Origin: Clostridiales bacterium GWD2_32_19 | GTDB taxonomy: Bacteria; Bacillota; Clostridia; Lachnospirales; UBA12420 | Reading direction: 5' to 3' | NCBI GenBank assembly: GCA_001795385.1 | Contig: MGOU01000047.1 | Span: 1,397-65,396, forward strand | Length of the DNA stretch: 64,000 nt | In this document: piece by piece, positions 38,383-46,277 of the stretch | Layout of the letters: each line of letters opens with the position of its first letter | Numbering within the stretch: the first letter of the stretch is position 1 | Program-made: the position numbers and the translations under genes | The notes under the pieces: generated by a model | What the model was told of the DNA's origin: nothing | Seen by the model: only the letters and a program-made list of their open reading frames with translations | Database searches by the model: none

Positions 38383-38919
38383 TTAATCTGGTTGATTTTG
38401 AGTATTTACAAAGTCAGTTGATTTGGGAAGATTTACCCCTTGTTCTTCGAAAAATTTGTCTATTGCTATATCATATGCATTTTTAAAATATACATTCGTT
38501 TTGTCAGGAATTTCTTCACCTATAAGAGGATCCCCCATACCTTCTACTTCTAGTTTTTCTTGATAACTAGACTCTGCTTCAGCAAGTCTTCCAGGCCAGT
38601 ATTTATAATTATTTCCGTATACATTCATCTCTATATGACGTGTACCATCCCCTGTTAGAAACACACCCCCATCGCTTCTGTCTCCATTTACAAGTATTCC
38701 ATCCGTACCATCAGGTGATTCGAACTTCATTTCTTTAGAAATATCTGCTTTTTCTGCTTTTTCTGCTTTTTCTGCTTTTTCTGCTTTTTCTGCTTTTTCT
38801 GCTTTTTCTGCTTTTTCTGCTTTTTCTTCCTTAACAACTTTATACCCAAAACATCCTGTTAATGGCAACACTGCTACAATAGGTATCACCATTTTAGCTA
38901 TATTCTTTTTCCAACCCAT
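38383..38919 (-). CDS. lipoprotein with a (KAE)n repeat linker
   Basis: Lipobox LPLTGC and an AAGGAGG RBS. The repeat linker is followed by a globular domain. Confidence 0.7.
   Translation of the reverse strand: MGWKKNIAKMVIPIVAVLPLTGCFGYKVVKEEKAEKAEKAEKAEKAEKAEKAEKAEKADISKEMKFESPDGTDGILVNGDRSDGGVFLTGDGTRHIEMNVYGNNYKYWPGRLAEAESSYQEKLEVEGMGDPLIGEEIPDKTNVYFKNAYDIAIDKFFEEQGVNLPKSTDFVNTQNQPD
38745..38825. repeat. 9-bp tandem repeat (CTGCTTTTT x9) encoding (KAE)n
   Basis: Nine perfect contiguous copies counted directly in the sequence. Confidence 0.9.
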
Positions 38920-38978
38920 TTTTTATTCCTCCTTATATTTTGTATATAAAAACATTTTATCATGCTTTCCATATTTTG

Positions 38979-39323
38979 TCAATCATTTTTATGTATTTTA
39001 TCTCCTATTTTTACATTTTTTTCCTTCATTCTCCCACTCGGCAACTCCACCACATATCTAGCCTTTGCTACATATTTACTTATCTGACCTTGCCTTAGAT
39101 TTTCTTGTATGCAGCATATAGTATCTTCCTCATCTATAAACAACACATCAATAGGGAAATTCATAAAAAACATATGCACATTATTGCACGGATCTATAAT
39201 TAGTGCATCTTCGACACCTATACTTTTTTTAAACATAAGCCCTATAAATCTACTCCAAAATGTATCCGCAACTCTAGCGTTCGTTGATATTACTGTATCT
39301 GTAGTTTGGTCGATAAGCTGCAT
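38979..39323 (-). CDS. DUF192 domain protein
   Basis: Start set at the ATG after GGAAGGGGTG. ...RFIGLMFKK...ALIIDPCNNVHMFFMNFPIDVLFID... is the DUF192 pattern. Confidence 0.72.
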   Translation of the reverse strand: MQLIDQTTDTVISTNARVADTFWSRFIGLMFKKSIGVEDALIIDPCNNVHMFFMNFPIDVLFIDEEDTICCIQENLRQGQISKYVAKARYVVELPSGRMKEKNVKIGDKIHKND

Positions 39324-39360
39324 GTGACTCACCCCTTCCCGTTCTCAACTCTCAACTTTT

Positions 39361-40278
39361 TCACTGCCCTGAAAACGCTTTTATCATTCTTAGTACCGCT
39401 GGCCCAAGTAATATTATGAATATGCTTGGAAATATGAAAAATATCAGTGGAAATAGCATCTTTACTGGTGCTTTCATTGCTATTTCTTGAGCTCGTTGTC
39501 TTCTTTTTTCTCTCATTTGCTTTGATTGAATCTTTACTGCATTACCTATACTTATACCTAGTTCATATGCTTGTATTAGTGCACCGGTAAATGTAGTTAT
39601 ATCATCAACATCTATCCTTTTTTGCATAGCTTGAAGTGCTTCTTTTCTGCTTTTTCCTATTTTCATATCTGCTATGTACTTAGAAAATTCATCTATTAGC
39701 ACTCCTTTCATTTTTTCAGTTAGCTTGAGTATGCCATTGTCAAAAGAAAGTCCCGCTTCTACACTAACTGTTAGTAAGTCAAGAACATCTGGTAATTCTT
39801 TTTGTATTTGTATTTTTCTTTTTTGAATTATCTGGGCTAAAAACAAGTTTGGCAGTGCATATAAAATTCCAGTTGCAATTAACCACATAAATAAACTCTT
39901 AACATCAAAACCATTCTTTTGATATAACATTATTAAAAAAATTGATGGGATAAATATACCTACAATAAGCTTTATAGTTATCCATTTTGGCACATCTATC
40001 TTATGTATTATTCCTGCCTTTTGCAATTTAATATGTATTCTTTCTCTTATATTATTTGGCATTAACCCATAAATATTCTTATTAACTTTTTCATATAAAC
40101 TCTTTATTAGTTTTTTATAAAATATATCTTTTATCTCCTTGCTTTCGACATTATAGTCTGACTGTAACCTTTTTATTCTATCTTCTATCATTATTTTCTT
40201 GTAAAATATTTTTTGAAGTATGTAAGTTATTGATATACTTAATGCTGCAAACAATAATATTACTAACACATATTTCAT
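39361..40278 (-). CDS. tadC: Tad pilus platform protein TadC (T2SS-F family)
   Basis: LPDVLDLLTVSVEAGLSFDNGI plus a C-terminal TM hairpin. Confidence 0.85.
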   Translation of the reverse strand: MKYVLVILLFAALSISITYILQKIFYKKIMIEDRIKRLQSDYNVESKEIKDIFYKKLIKSLYEKVNKNIYGLMPNNIRERIHIKLQKAGIIHKIDVPKWITIKLIVGIFIPSIFLIMLYQKNGFDVKSLFMWLIATGILYALPNLFLAQIIQKRKIQIQKELPDVLDLLTVSVEAGLSFDNGILKLTEKMKGVLIDEFSKYIADMKIGKSRKEALQAMQKRIDVDDITTFTGALIQAYELGISIGNAVKIQSKQMREKRRQRAQEIAMKAPVKMLFPLIFFIFPSIFIILLGPAVLRMIKAFSGQ

Positions 40279-40295
40279 ATGTATCACTCCCTCAC

Positions 40296-41075
40296 TTACA
40301 CATCTATCTTTATTATCTTATTTATAAACACCATTCCTATTAACTCTGAAAATATCCCACTTACTACCATAAGTATTCCTATTTTATTTGTAAACAGCTC
40401 CATTATATAATCTGGTGACATTACAAACATTACCCCCCCTATTGCTATAGGGAGTACTAATACTATGATAGCTGACAGCCTACCTTGCGCTGTTAAGGTT
40501 TTTATTTCACGTGATAGTTTTAGTCTTTCTCTTATAGTTTCCGATATTATATCTAATACTTCTGCTAGGTTTCCACCTGTTTCTCTCTGCATAAGTATTG
40601 CAGTAAGCATTAGTTCTAAGTCCTTACTAGGTATTCTTTCCAATAAATTTTCTAGACTTTTTTCTAGTGTCTTACCCAGCCTTACCTCTCTTATTACTTG
40701 CCCAAATTCTGTTGAAAGAGGAGCCGGCATTTCCATAACTAATGTATCTAATGCTTGTGTAAAACTATGACCAACCTTCAATGAATTAGATATTATTAAG
40801 ATAGCGTCACCTAACTGATCATTAAATTTCTTATAGTGTCTCGTTTTAGTCCTATTATGTTTAGTTATACTTTTATTAATTCTTATAAACAAGTTTTTAA
40901 TGGTTTGCATATGTTTCTCTTTTTTTACCTTTCTCTTCACTTTACTTACCTGGTCAACTTTTATGTATGTATATATTCTATTTATCACTCTTCCATTAAA
41001 AAATAATTTATTTAATACGATATATGAGCTTATTACACAAAATATAAATACTAGCAATATTAATATGTTAAACAT
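40296..41075 (-). CDS. tadB: Tad pilus platform protein TadB (T2SS-F family)
   Basis: Start set at MFNILILL after GGGGTGA. LGDAILIISNSLKVGHSFTQAL. Confidence 0.85.
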   Translation of the reverse strand: MFNILILLVFIFCVISSYIVLNKLFFNGRVINRIYTYIKVDQVSKVKRKVKKEKHMQTIKNLFIRINKSITKHNRTKTRHYKKFNDQLGDAILIISNSLKVGHSFTQALDTLVMEMPAPLSTEFGQVIREVRLGKTLEKSLENLLERIPSKDLELMLTAILMQRETGGNLAEVLDIISETIRERLKLSREIKTLTAQGRLSAIIVLVLPIAIGGVMFVMSPDYIMELFTNKIGILMVVSGIFSELIGMVFINKIIKIDV

Positions 41076-41106
41076 AGTTATCACCCCATTTGTGCTTTGC
41101 ACCAAA

Positions 41107-42444
41107 TCAGTCTTGCTGACTTGCAGTTGCATCTAACCCTTTTGCCCAGTCATCCCCAATAATACTTGTTATTTTAGGTTTTATTCCTGAGTACTCAAAC
41201 TTACCTATAATTTTACCTCTGTTATCAACACCCGTTTGCACAAATTTAAATATGTCTTGTAGTATTACCACATCACCTTCCATACCTTGCACTTCTGAAA
41301 TATGTGTAATTCTTCTGGTACCGTCCTTTAATCTAGTTTGTTGAATTATTACATTGATAGCTGACGCTATTTGCTCCCTTATCGCTTTTATTGGTAAATC
41401 CATACCTGACATTAGAACCATAGTTTCTAATCTGCTAAGCATATCTCTGGGAGTGTTTGCATGCCCTGTCGTAAGCGAGCCATCATGTCCTGTATTCATG
41501 GCCTGTAACATGTCGAGCGCTTCTCCTGACCTTACTTCACCTACAATAATCCTATCTGGCCTCATTCTTAGGCTATTTCTTACCAAATCTCTTATGTTTA
41601 CCTCTCCTTTACCCTCAATATTAGCTGGACGAGTTTCTAGTCTAACGATATGTTCTTGATGTAGCTGTAGCTCTGCTGCATCTTCTATCGTCACTATTCT
41701 CTCGTCATTAGGTATAAATGAGGATATAACATTAAGCATAGTTGTCTTACCACTCCCTGTACCACCCGAAACGATTATGTTCATCTTCTCTCTTACACAT
41801 ACCTTCAAAAACTCTGCCATAGGAGTCGTAAGCGTTCCAAACCCTATAAGGTCAGATATTACAAACGGTTCTTCTGAAAATTTCCTTATGGTAATAGTTG
41901 GACCATTTAATGCAAGCGGTGGTATTATTGCATTTACTCTCGAACCATTTGGAAGTCTAGCATCTACCATTGGAGAGCTTTCATCTATTCTTCTCCCAAG
42001 AGGTGCTACTATTTTCTCTATTATATGTAAAACATGTAAATTATCTTTAAACTTTATCTCAGTAAGTTCTAATTTACCTTCTTTTTCTACATATACATGA
42101 TCAAATCCATTCACCATTACTTCTGAAACACTTTTATCATTTATTAGAGATGTTATCGGTCCTAATCCTAATATCTCATCTATCATTTGGTACAATATCT
42201 TTGTTTTTGTATTTGTACTTACCTCTATATTTTTTTCTTCAAAATATTGATTCATTATAATTAGAATTTCTTTTTCAAGTGTTTTACTATCTAGCTTATC
42301 AGCATTTTCTATAATTGATAGTTTTTCTATTATAAGATTTTGTACATCATTTTTCAACCCATAAAAAGAGTCCTTTTTATCATGAACTACAACTTTTTCA
42401 TCATTTTCACTTTTTAAACGATTTGTTAGCGACATATTCTTCAC
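41107..42444 (-). CDS. cpaF: CpaF/TadA secretion ATPase
   Basis: Walker A GGTGSGKTT, IVTIEDAAEL, RPDRIIVGEVRSGEA, GHDGSLTTGHAN. Confidence 0.92.
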   Translation of the reverse strand: MKNMSLTNRLKSENDEKVVVHDKKDSFYGLKNDVQNLIIEKLSIIENADKLDSKTLEKEILIIMNQYFEEKNIEVSTNTKTKILYQMIDEILGLGPITSLINDKSVSEVMVNGFDHVYVEKEGKLELTEIKFKDNLHVLHIIEKIVAPLGRRIDESSPMVDARLPNGSRVNAIIPPLALNGPTITIRKFSEEPFVISDLIGFGTLTTPMAEFLKVCVREKMNIIVSGGTGSGKTTMLNVISSFIPNDERIVTIEDAAELQLHQEHIVRLETRPANIEGKGEVNIRDLVRNSLRMRPDRIIVGEVRSGEALDMLQAMNTGHDGSLTTGHANTPRDMLSRLETMVLMSGMDLPIKAIREQIASAINVIIQQTRLKDGTRRITHISEVQGMEGDVVILQDIFKFVQTGVDNRGKIIGKFEYSGIKPKITSIIGDDWAKGLDATASQQD

Positions 42445-42454
42445 CTCCTAAACT

Positions 42455-43600
42455 TTATTTAATACCTTTTGCTATCTTCCTAAAGCTTTCTGTTACATTG
42501 CTCTTTTTACTATCTGCCATTATTGGCATGCCTTTATTGATTGAGTTTATGACTATTTTATCATTATTCATTATACTAAAATCCACATCTCTTTCTAATA
42601 CTTTCTTTATATCACTTATGCTTATACCGTAGTTTTCATCGGATTTATTTGCAACTATTTTTATTTTTTCACTTGCGTAGTTTAGTGACTTCATTACATC
42701 TATACCGAGCTTGGCATTCTTTATCGAAGTTATCTCCATTGTTGTTATATAAAGTATTAAATCGACTTGATCCATTATTGCTAAGTTCAAATCAGAAAAT
42801 TTATTATCTAGGTCAAAAACTATATAATCATAATCTTCTTTTAATAAATTTGCTATTTTTTTTGCATGCTCTACAGTTACATAATCAGCATACTCTGGCT
42901 TCTTTGGTGCTGCTAAAATATCTACTCCTAGCTCTGTTTCTATTATATAATCATGTATATTGTCAGTAGTTATCATAGCCATCTCTTCTATTAACTCTAT
43001 CATGGTTATACTTGGTTCTACATTTGCCATAGTACAAATATCTCCAAAGTAAACATCCATATCAACTATTATAACTTTTTTACTTGTTTCTTTTTTTATG
43101 GCTATAGCGGTATTGATGGCTGTTGTACTTTTTCCTACTCCGCCTTTGGCACTAAAAACTGCTATAGATTTTGGAGATCTCATATCCTTCTTTTCTTTTA
43201 TTTTTTCCATCTGTTGTTTCTTATCTTTTTCTTTTTTATATGTGTTTTGTAATGTATTTATTATTTCTTCTGTATTAAATGGTTTTAATAAGTAATTTTT
43301 AGCACCTGCTTCCATTGCCTTTTTAAGATAATCCGCTTCCTTTTGAACTGACATCATTATTATTATAGTATCCGGTAACCTACTCATTATTTGTTCTGTT
43401 GCTTCAATGCCAGTAAATATTGGCATATTTATATCCATAAGTATTACATCCGGCTCAAGCCTTTCTGCTGCTGCTATAGCTTCCTTTCCATTTCCAGCCT
43501 GTCCTACTACTTTTATGCCTTCTTCATATTGTAGTATCTTTTCTATTATTTCCCTCGTTTTATCTGAATCGTCAGCTATAAGCACTCTTATCTCTTTCAT
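42455..43600 (-). CDS. cpaE: response-regulator receiver domain fused to a CpaE/TadZ ParA-like ATPase
   Basis: REC domain IRVLIADDSDKT...PDVILMDINMP and deviant Walker A VFSAKGGVGKSTTAINTA. Confidence 0.85.
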   Translation of the reverse strand: MKEIRVLIADDSDKTREIIEKILQYEEGIKVVGQAGNGKEAIAAAERLEPDVILMDINMPIFTGIEATEQIMSRLPDTIIIMMSVQKEADYLKKAMEAGAKNYLLKPFNTEEIINTLQNTYKKEKDKKQQMEKIKEKKDMRSPKSIAVFSAKGGVGKSTTAINTAIAIKKETSKKVIIVDMDVYFGDICTMANVEPSITMIELIEEMAMITTDNIHDYIIETELGVDILAAPKKPEYADYVTVEHAKKIANLLKEDYDYIVFDLDNKFSDLNLAIMDQVDLILYITTMEITSIKNAKLGIDVMKSLNYASEKIKIVANKSDENYGISISDIKKVLERDVDFSIMNNDKIVINSINKGMPIMADSKKSNVTESFRKIAKGIK

Positions 43601-43617
43601 CTTAGTCACCCCCTAAT

Positions 43618-43721
43618 CAAAGAACAAAGTACAAAGTTCAAAGTACAATTTAAAAACCAGAACCTTATTATTACTAAAAACATCTACCATCACCCTTTGT
43701 CCTTTGTTCTTTGTACTTTGG
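43618..43721. repeat. two inverted arrays of CAAAGNN heptamers in the cpaB-cpaE spacer
   Basis: 43618-43648 is CAAAGAA CAAAGTA CAAAGTT CAAAGTA CAA. 43695-43721 is CTTTGTC CTTTGTT CTTTGTA CTTTGG. Confidence 0.8.
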
Positions 43722-43723
43722 CT

Positions 43724-44446
43724 CTAGTTTCTCATTGTCACTTCATTTACTCCATATGTAGTTGCAATGTTTTTATCATTTATTGGCCTTAGTGCTAATT
43801 TTATTGTACCATAATTTTCAGCATAAATCAACTTTTCAGCATCAGATGGAGTAACTGCAAGTGTTATCGAATACGCTGTTGGAGTTTTTTCTCTTTCTTC
43901 TTCATCTATCACATCTCTTTTACTTATCGCTAACACTTGTATGTTTTGTAAACTAAGTTTAGTCATGTTTATATAATTCACTTTTCCATTTTCTGTTTCT
44001 ATAGTCTTTTCTTCTTGATTTATGTATATATCTACAAAATTACCAGGCTCAATCAAATCAGCTACTGCTATATACTCATTAACTTGCACACTTACTGCAC
44101 GTTTGTCCTCCGGTATTTTCATAAATAACTGTTTTGTATTATCCGCTACTAGTCTTTCCCTCTTTATTGGTTCATTTGCAAGTATTGTTTCTTTTACATA
44201 TTTACCTATCGCATCTTCTTCTTTAACACTATCTTGTATAGATACTATTAGTATTTTCTTTACTTCTAATAAATCTTTTGTAATTTTCGTATTTGGTGGT
44301 AAATCTTGTTTTGCAACAACTACTTGAACATACTTTTTATCCTCTTCTTGTTTTTCTAGTGAACTCAAATATTGATAAAATAATACTGTACATATTAGTG
44401 ATATTGCCGCTGCTATCCATAATAACTTTAAGTTTACTTTATTCAT
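43724..44446 (-). CDS. cpaB: Flp pilus assembly protein CpaB/RcpC
   Basis: N-terminal TM helix, SAF-like VVVAKQDLPPNTKITKDLLEVKK and a C-terminal RcpC-like domain. Confidence 0.82.
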   Translation of the reverse strand: MNKVNLKLLWIAAAISLICTVLFYQYLSSLEKQEEDKKYVQVVVAKQDLPPNTKITKDLLEVKKILIVSIQDSVKEEDAIGKYVKETILANEPIKRERLVADNTKQLFMKIPEDKRAVSVQVNEYIAVADLIEPGNFVDIYINQEEKTIETENGKVNYINMTKLSLQNIQVLAISKRDVIDEEEREKTPTAYSITLAVTPSDAEKLIYAENYGTIKLALRPINDKNIATTYGVNEVTMRN

Positions 44447-45327
44447 TAGAAATCACCTCCAACTAATCTAACTGCTACTAATCCATAATCTATTTGGCTT
44501 TCACTTATTTTCCCAGTCGCTACATTTCTTATAAATCTACCTATTATTTCTCCCTCTGATCCTGTATCTTCAACAAAAAATTGCGCAAACCCTACAATTG
44601 TTACAGTACTTCTACCATTTACCTCTAATGTATCAACTACAGGTATAACCCAAAGACGAGGGGAGTTTTTAGTATAATTATCTATTGTTGAATCATCATT
44701 TCTTGTTATATAATCTATTCCCTGTTCTGTAGGTCCTGTCATATTACCTGGCTCTGTATCTATTTCATCGCCCACTTTTAATGTGCCATCGTACCCATTT
44801 ATTATATTATATCTATAGTTGTTTGCTCCAGTTCCCCCTAATTCAACCGATCCAAAGTTACCAGAATAATTATCATTATTGCTTTTTAGAGTTACCACTT
44901 GTCCAAATACAAATTCTTGTCTTTCTACAGCAATAGGTCTTGTTCCTGAATAAACTTCACTTACTGCTCCAAATATTGCTTTGGATTTTGCACTTGTACT
45001 TATTGTATCTATACCTATTATTTTTGAAAATATAGAATCTACATGTTCATTAATCGTAACTACCACTCCACTTCCTATGCTTACATTTACTTTGTCATTA
45101 CTCACATTATTTTTTTCACAATACATAAGTGCGACTTCCTCTAGATTTTCGTTCCCCATTGCTTGTTCACTAACTGCTGCAAGCACTGCCGCATCTGCTA
45201 TAGCTGCTATACGCGCTTTTTTTACCTCTACTACTCCAACATCTATGACTAAGGCTGATATTATTAGCATAACAACCATACTAAAATTTGCAAGAACTAC
45301 TATAGCCCCTCTCTCATCACTCCACAT
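44446..45327 (-). CDS. TadG-like pseudopilin/pilus assembly protein
   Basis: N-terminus MWSDERGAIVVLANFSMVVMLIISALVIDVG is the TadG-N motif. Confidence 0.7.
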   Translation of the reverse strand: MWSDERGAIVVLANFSMVVMLIISALVIDVGVVEVKKARIAAIADAAVLAAVSEQAMGNENLEEVALMYCEKNNVSNDKVNVSIGSGVVVTINEHVDSIFSKIIGIDTISTSAKSKAIFGAVSEVYSGTRPIAVERQEFVFGQVVTLKSNNDNYSGNFGSVELGGTGANNYRYNIINGYDGTLKVGDEIDTEPGNMTGPTEQGIDYITRNDDSTIDNYTKNSPRLWVIPVVDTLEVNGRSTVTIVGFAQFFVEDTGSEGEIIGRFIRNVATGKISESQIDYGLVAVRLVGGDF

Positions 45328-45342
45328 AGCTATCACCCCTAA

Positions 45343-45744
45343 TCACTCAACTCTCATAGTAATATCACCTTTTACATTATATATCTCCGGTATTATATTT
45401 TCAAAAACAGGTAGTATCTGAACTGCTTGATATTCTACTACTACACTTACTTCCTCTCCACTTCTTCTGTTATATTCATCTGGCGTTGTTGTAACTGTTA
45501 GTGCACTACTCCTTAGGCTCGGTGCTACATCCCTTACCTTTTGTAAGACATCTTGATCAGTACCTCCGAGTGCTGCAATTCTTCCACCTTCTCTAGCCGC
45601 ATTAACCACGACTACATAATCACTCATCAAAAGTCCAAACTCTATAATTCCCATAAGTATTAGTAAAAAAATAGGGAGCACTAGCGCAAATTCTGCTACT
45701 GATTGCCCCCTTTCTTCTTTTATCATATATTTTGCTTTTTCCAT
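45343..45744 (-). CDS. tadE: TadE-like pseudopilin
   Basis: ERGQSVAEFALVLPIFLLILMGIIEFG is the TadE N-terminal motif. Confidence 0.8.
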   Translation of the reverse strand: MEKAKYMIKEERGQSVAEFALVLPIFLLILMGIIEFGLLMSDYVVVVNAAREGGRIAALGGTDQDVLQKVRDVAPSLRSSALTVTTTPDEYNRRSGEEVSVVVEYQAVQILPVFENIIPEIYNVKGDITMRVE

Positions 45745-45780
45745 CTCCCCACCCCCATCCTCATCCCCTACAGGGGGAGG

Positions 45781-45828
45781 TTTGTTCTTTATTCTTTATT
45801 CTTTATTCTTTATTCTTTATTCTTTGTT
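45781..45828. repeat. heptamer array (TTCTTTA x4 plus variants) between flp and tadE
   Basis: Plus strand TTTGTTC TTTATTC TTTATTC TTTATTC TTTATTC TTTGTTT. In mRNA sense the unit is AAYAAAG, the same as in the 43.6-43.7 kb arrays. Confidence 0.85.
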
Positions 45829-46005
45829 TTAGCTTATTGCACTTGTTATGTTTGTAAATAATACTCCTAATTGATCTCCGAATAATGTTACAGCACCTAA
45901 AACTACTATTGCTACGAATGCTATTACTAGAGCATATTCAACCATACCTTGTCCTCTTTCGTCACCTTTTAATAATTTTGCATAAACTAAGATTTGTTTT
46001 AACAT
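45829..46005 (-). CDS. flp: Flp family type IVb pilin (58 aa, below the ORF-track cutoff)
   Basis: My translation is MLKQILVYAKLLKGDERGQG/MVEYALVIAFVAIVVLGAVTLFGDQLGVLFTNITSAIS, with a G/xxxEY prepilin cleavage motif and a hydrophobic helix. A GGGGGAG RBS precedes it. Confidence 0.85.
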   Translation of the reverse strand: MLKQILVYAKLLKGDERGQGMVEYALVIAFVAIVVLGAVTLFGDQLGVLFTNITSAIS

Positions 46006-46184
46006 ATAAACTCCCCCTTTAAAGCAATTTCACAATGCGAATACACCAATGTATCACATGTGATTCTATTAGTTTAGTTATTTGTTTCATTTGCTTATGA
46101 TGTAATTATACTACCATCTACCTTCACTTACCATCATGCAAAAGTCCTGTTTTTATAGGACCTTTGTCCTATTTTAAAAAACAA

Positions 46185-46213
46185 TTGATTTTTCTTTTAA
46201 AATAGTGTAAAAT
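46185..46213 (+). promoter_or_regulatory. putative degS promoter
   Basis: TTGATT, a 17-nt spacer, then TAAAAT. Confidence 0.35.
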
Positions 46214-46277
46214 TAGCTATAGGTTTGATTCTTCATCGTTTCAAACTGTGTATTTTTCACTAGAACGGAGTGGTAAA

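Noticed and set aside
43618..43721. Heptamer inverted arrays as terminal inverted repeats of a transposon
   Set aside because: Only ~46 nt lie between the arms, with no ORF and no target-site duplication. The arms are internally periodic rather than unique sequence.
46006..46247. c-di-GMP riboswitch upstream of flp (as seen for clostridial T4P pilins)
   Set aside because: I read both strands and found no GEMM-I/II-like conserved helices or the GGCAAA…CCGGG-type cores. This needs cmsearch to be definitive.
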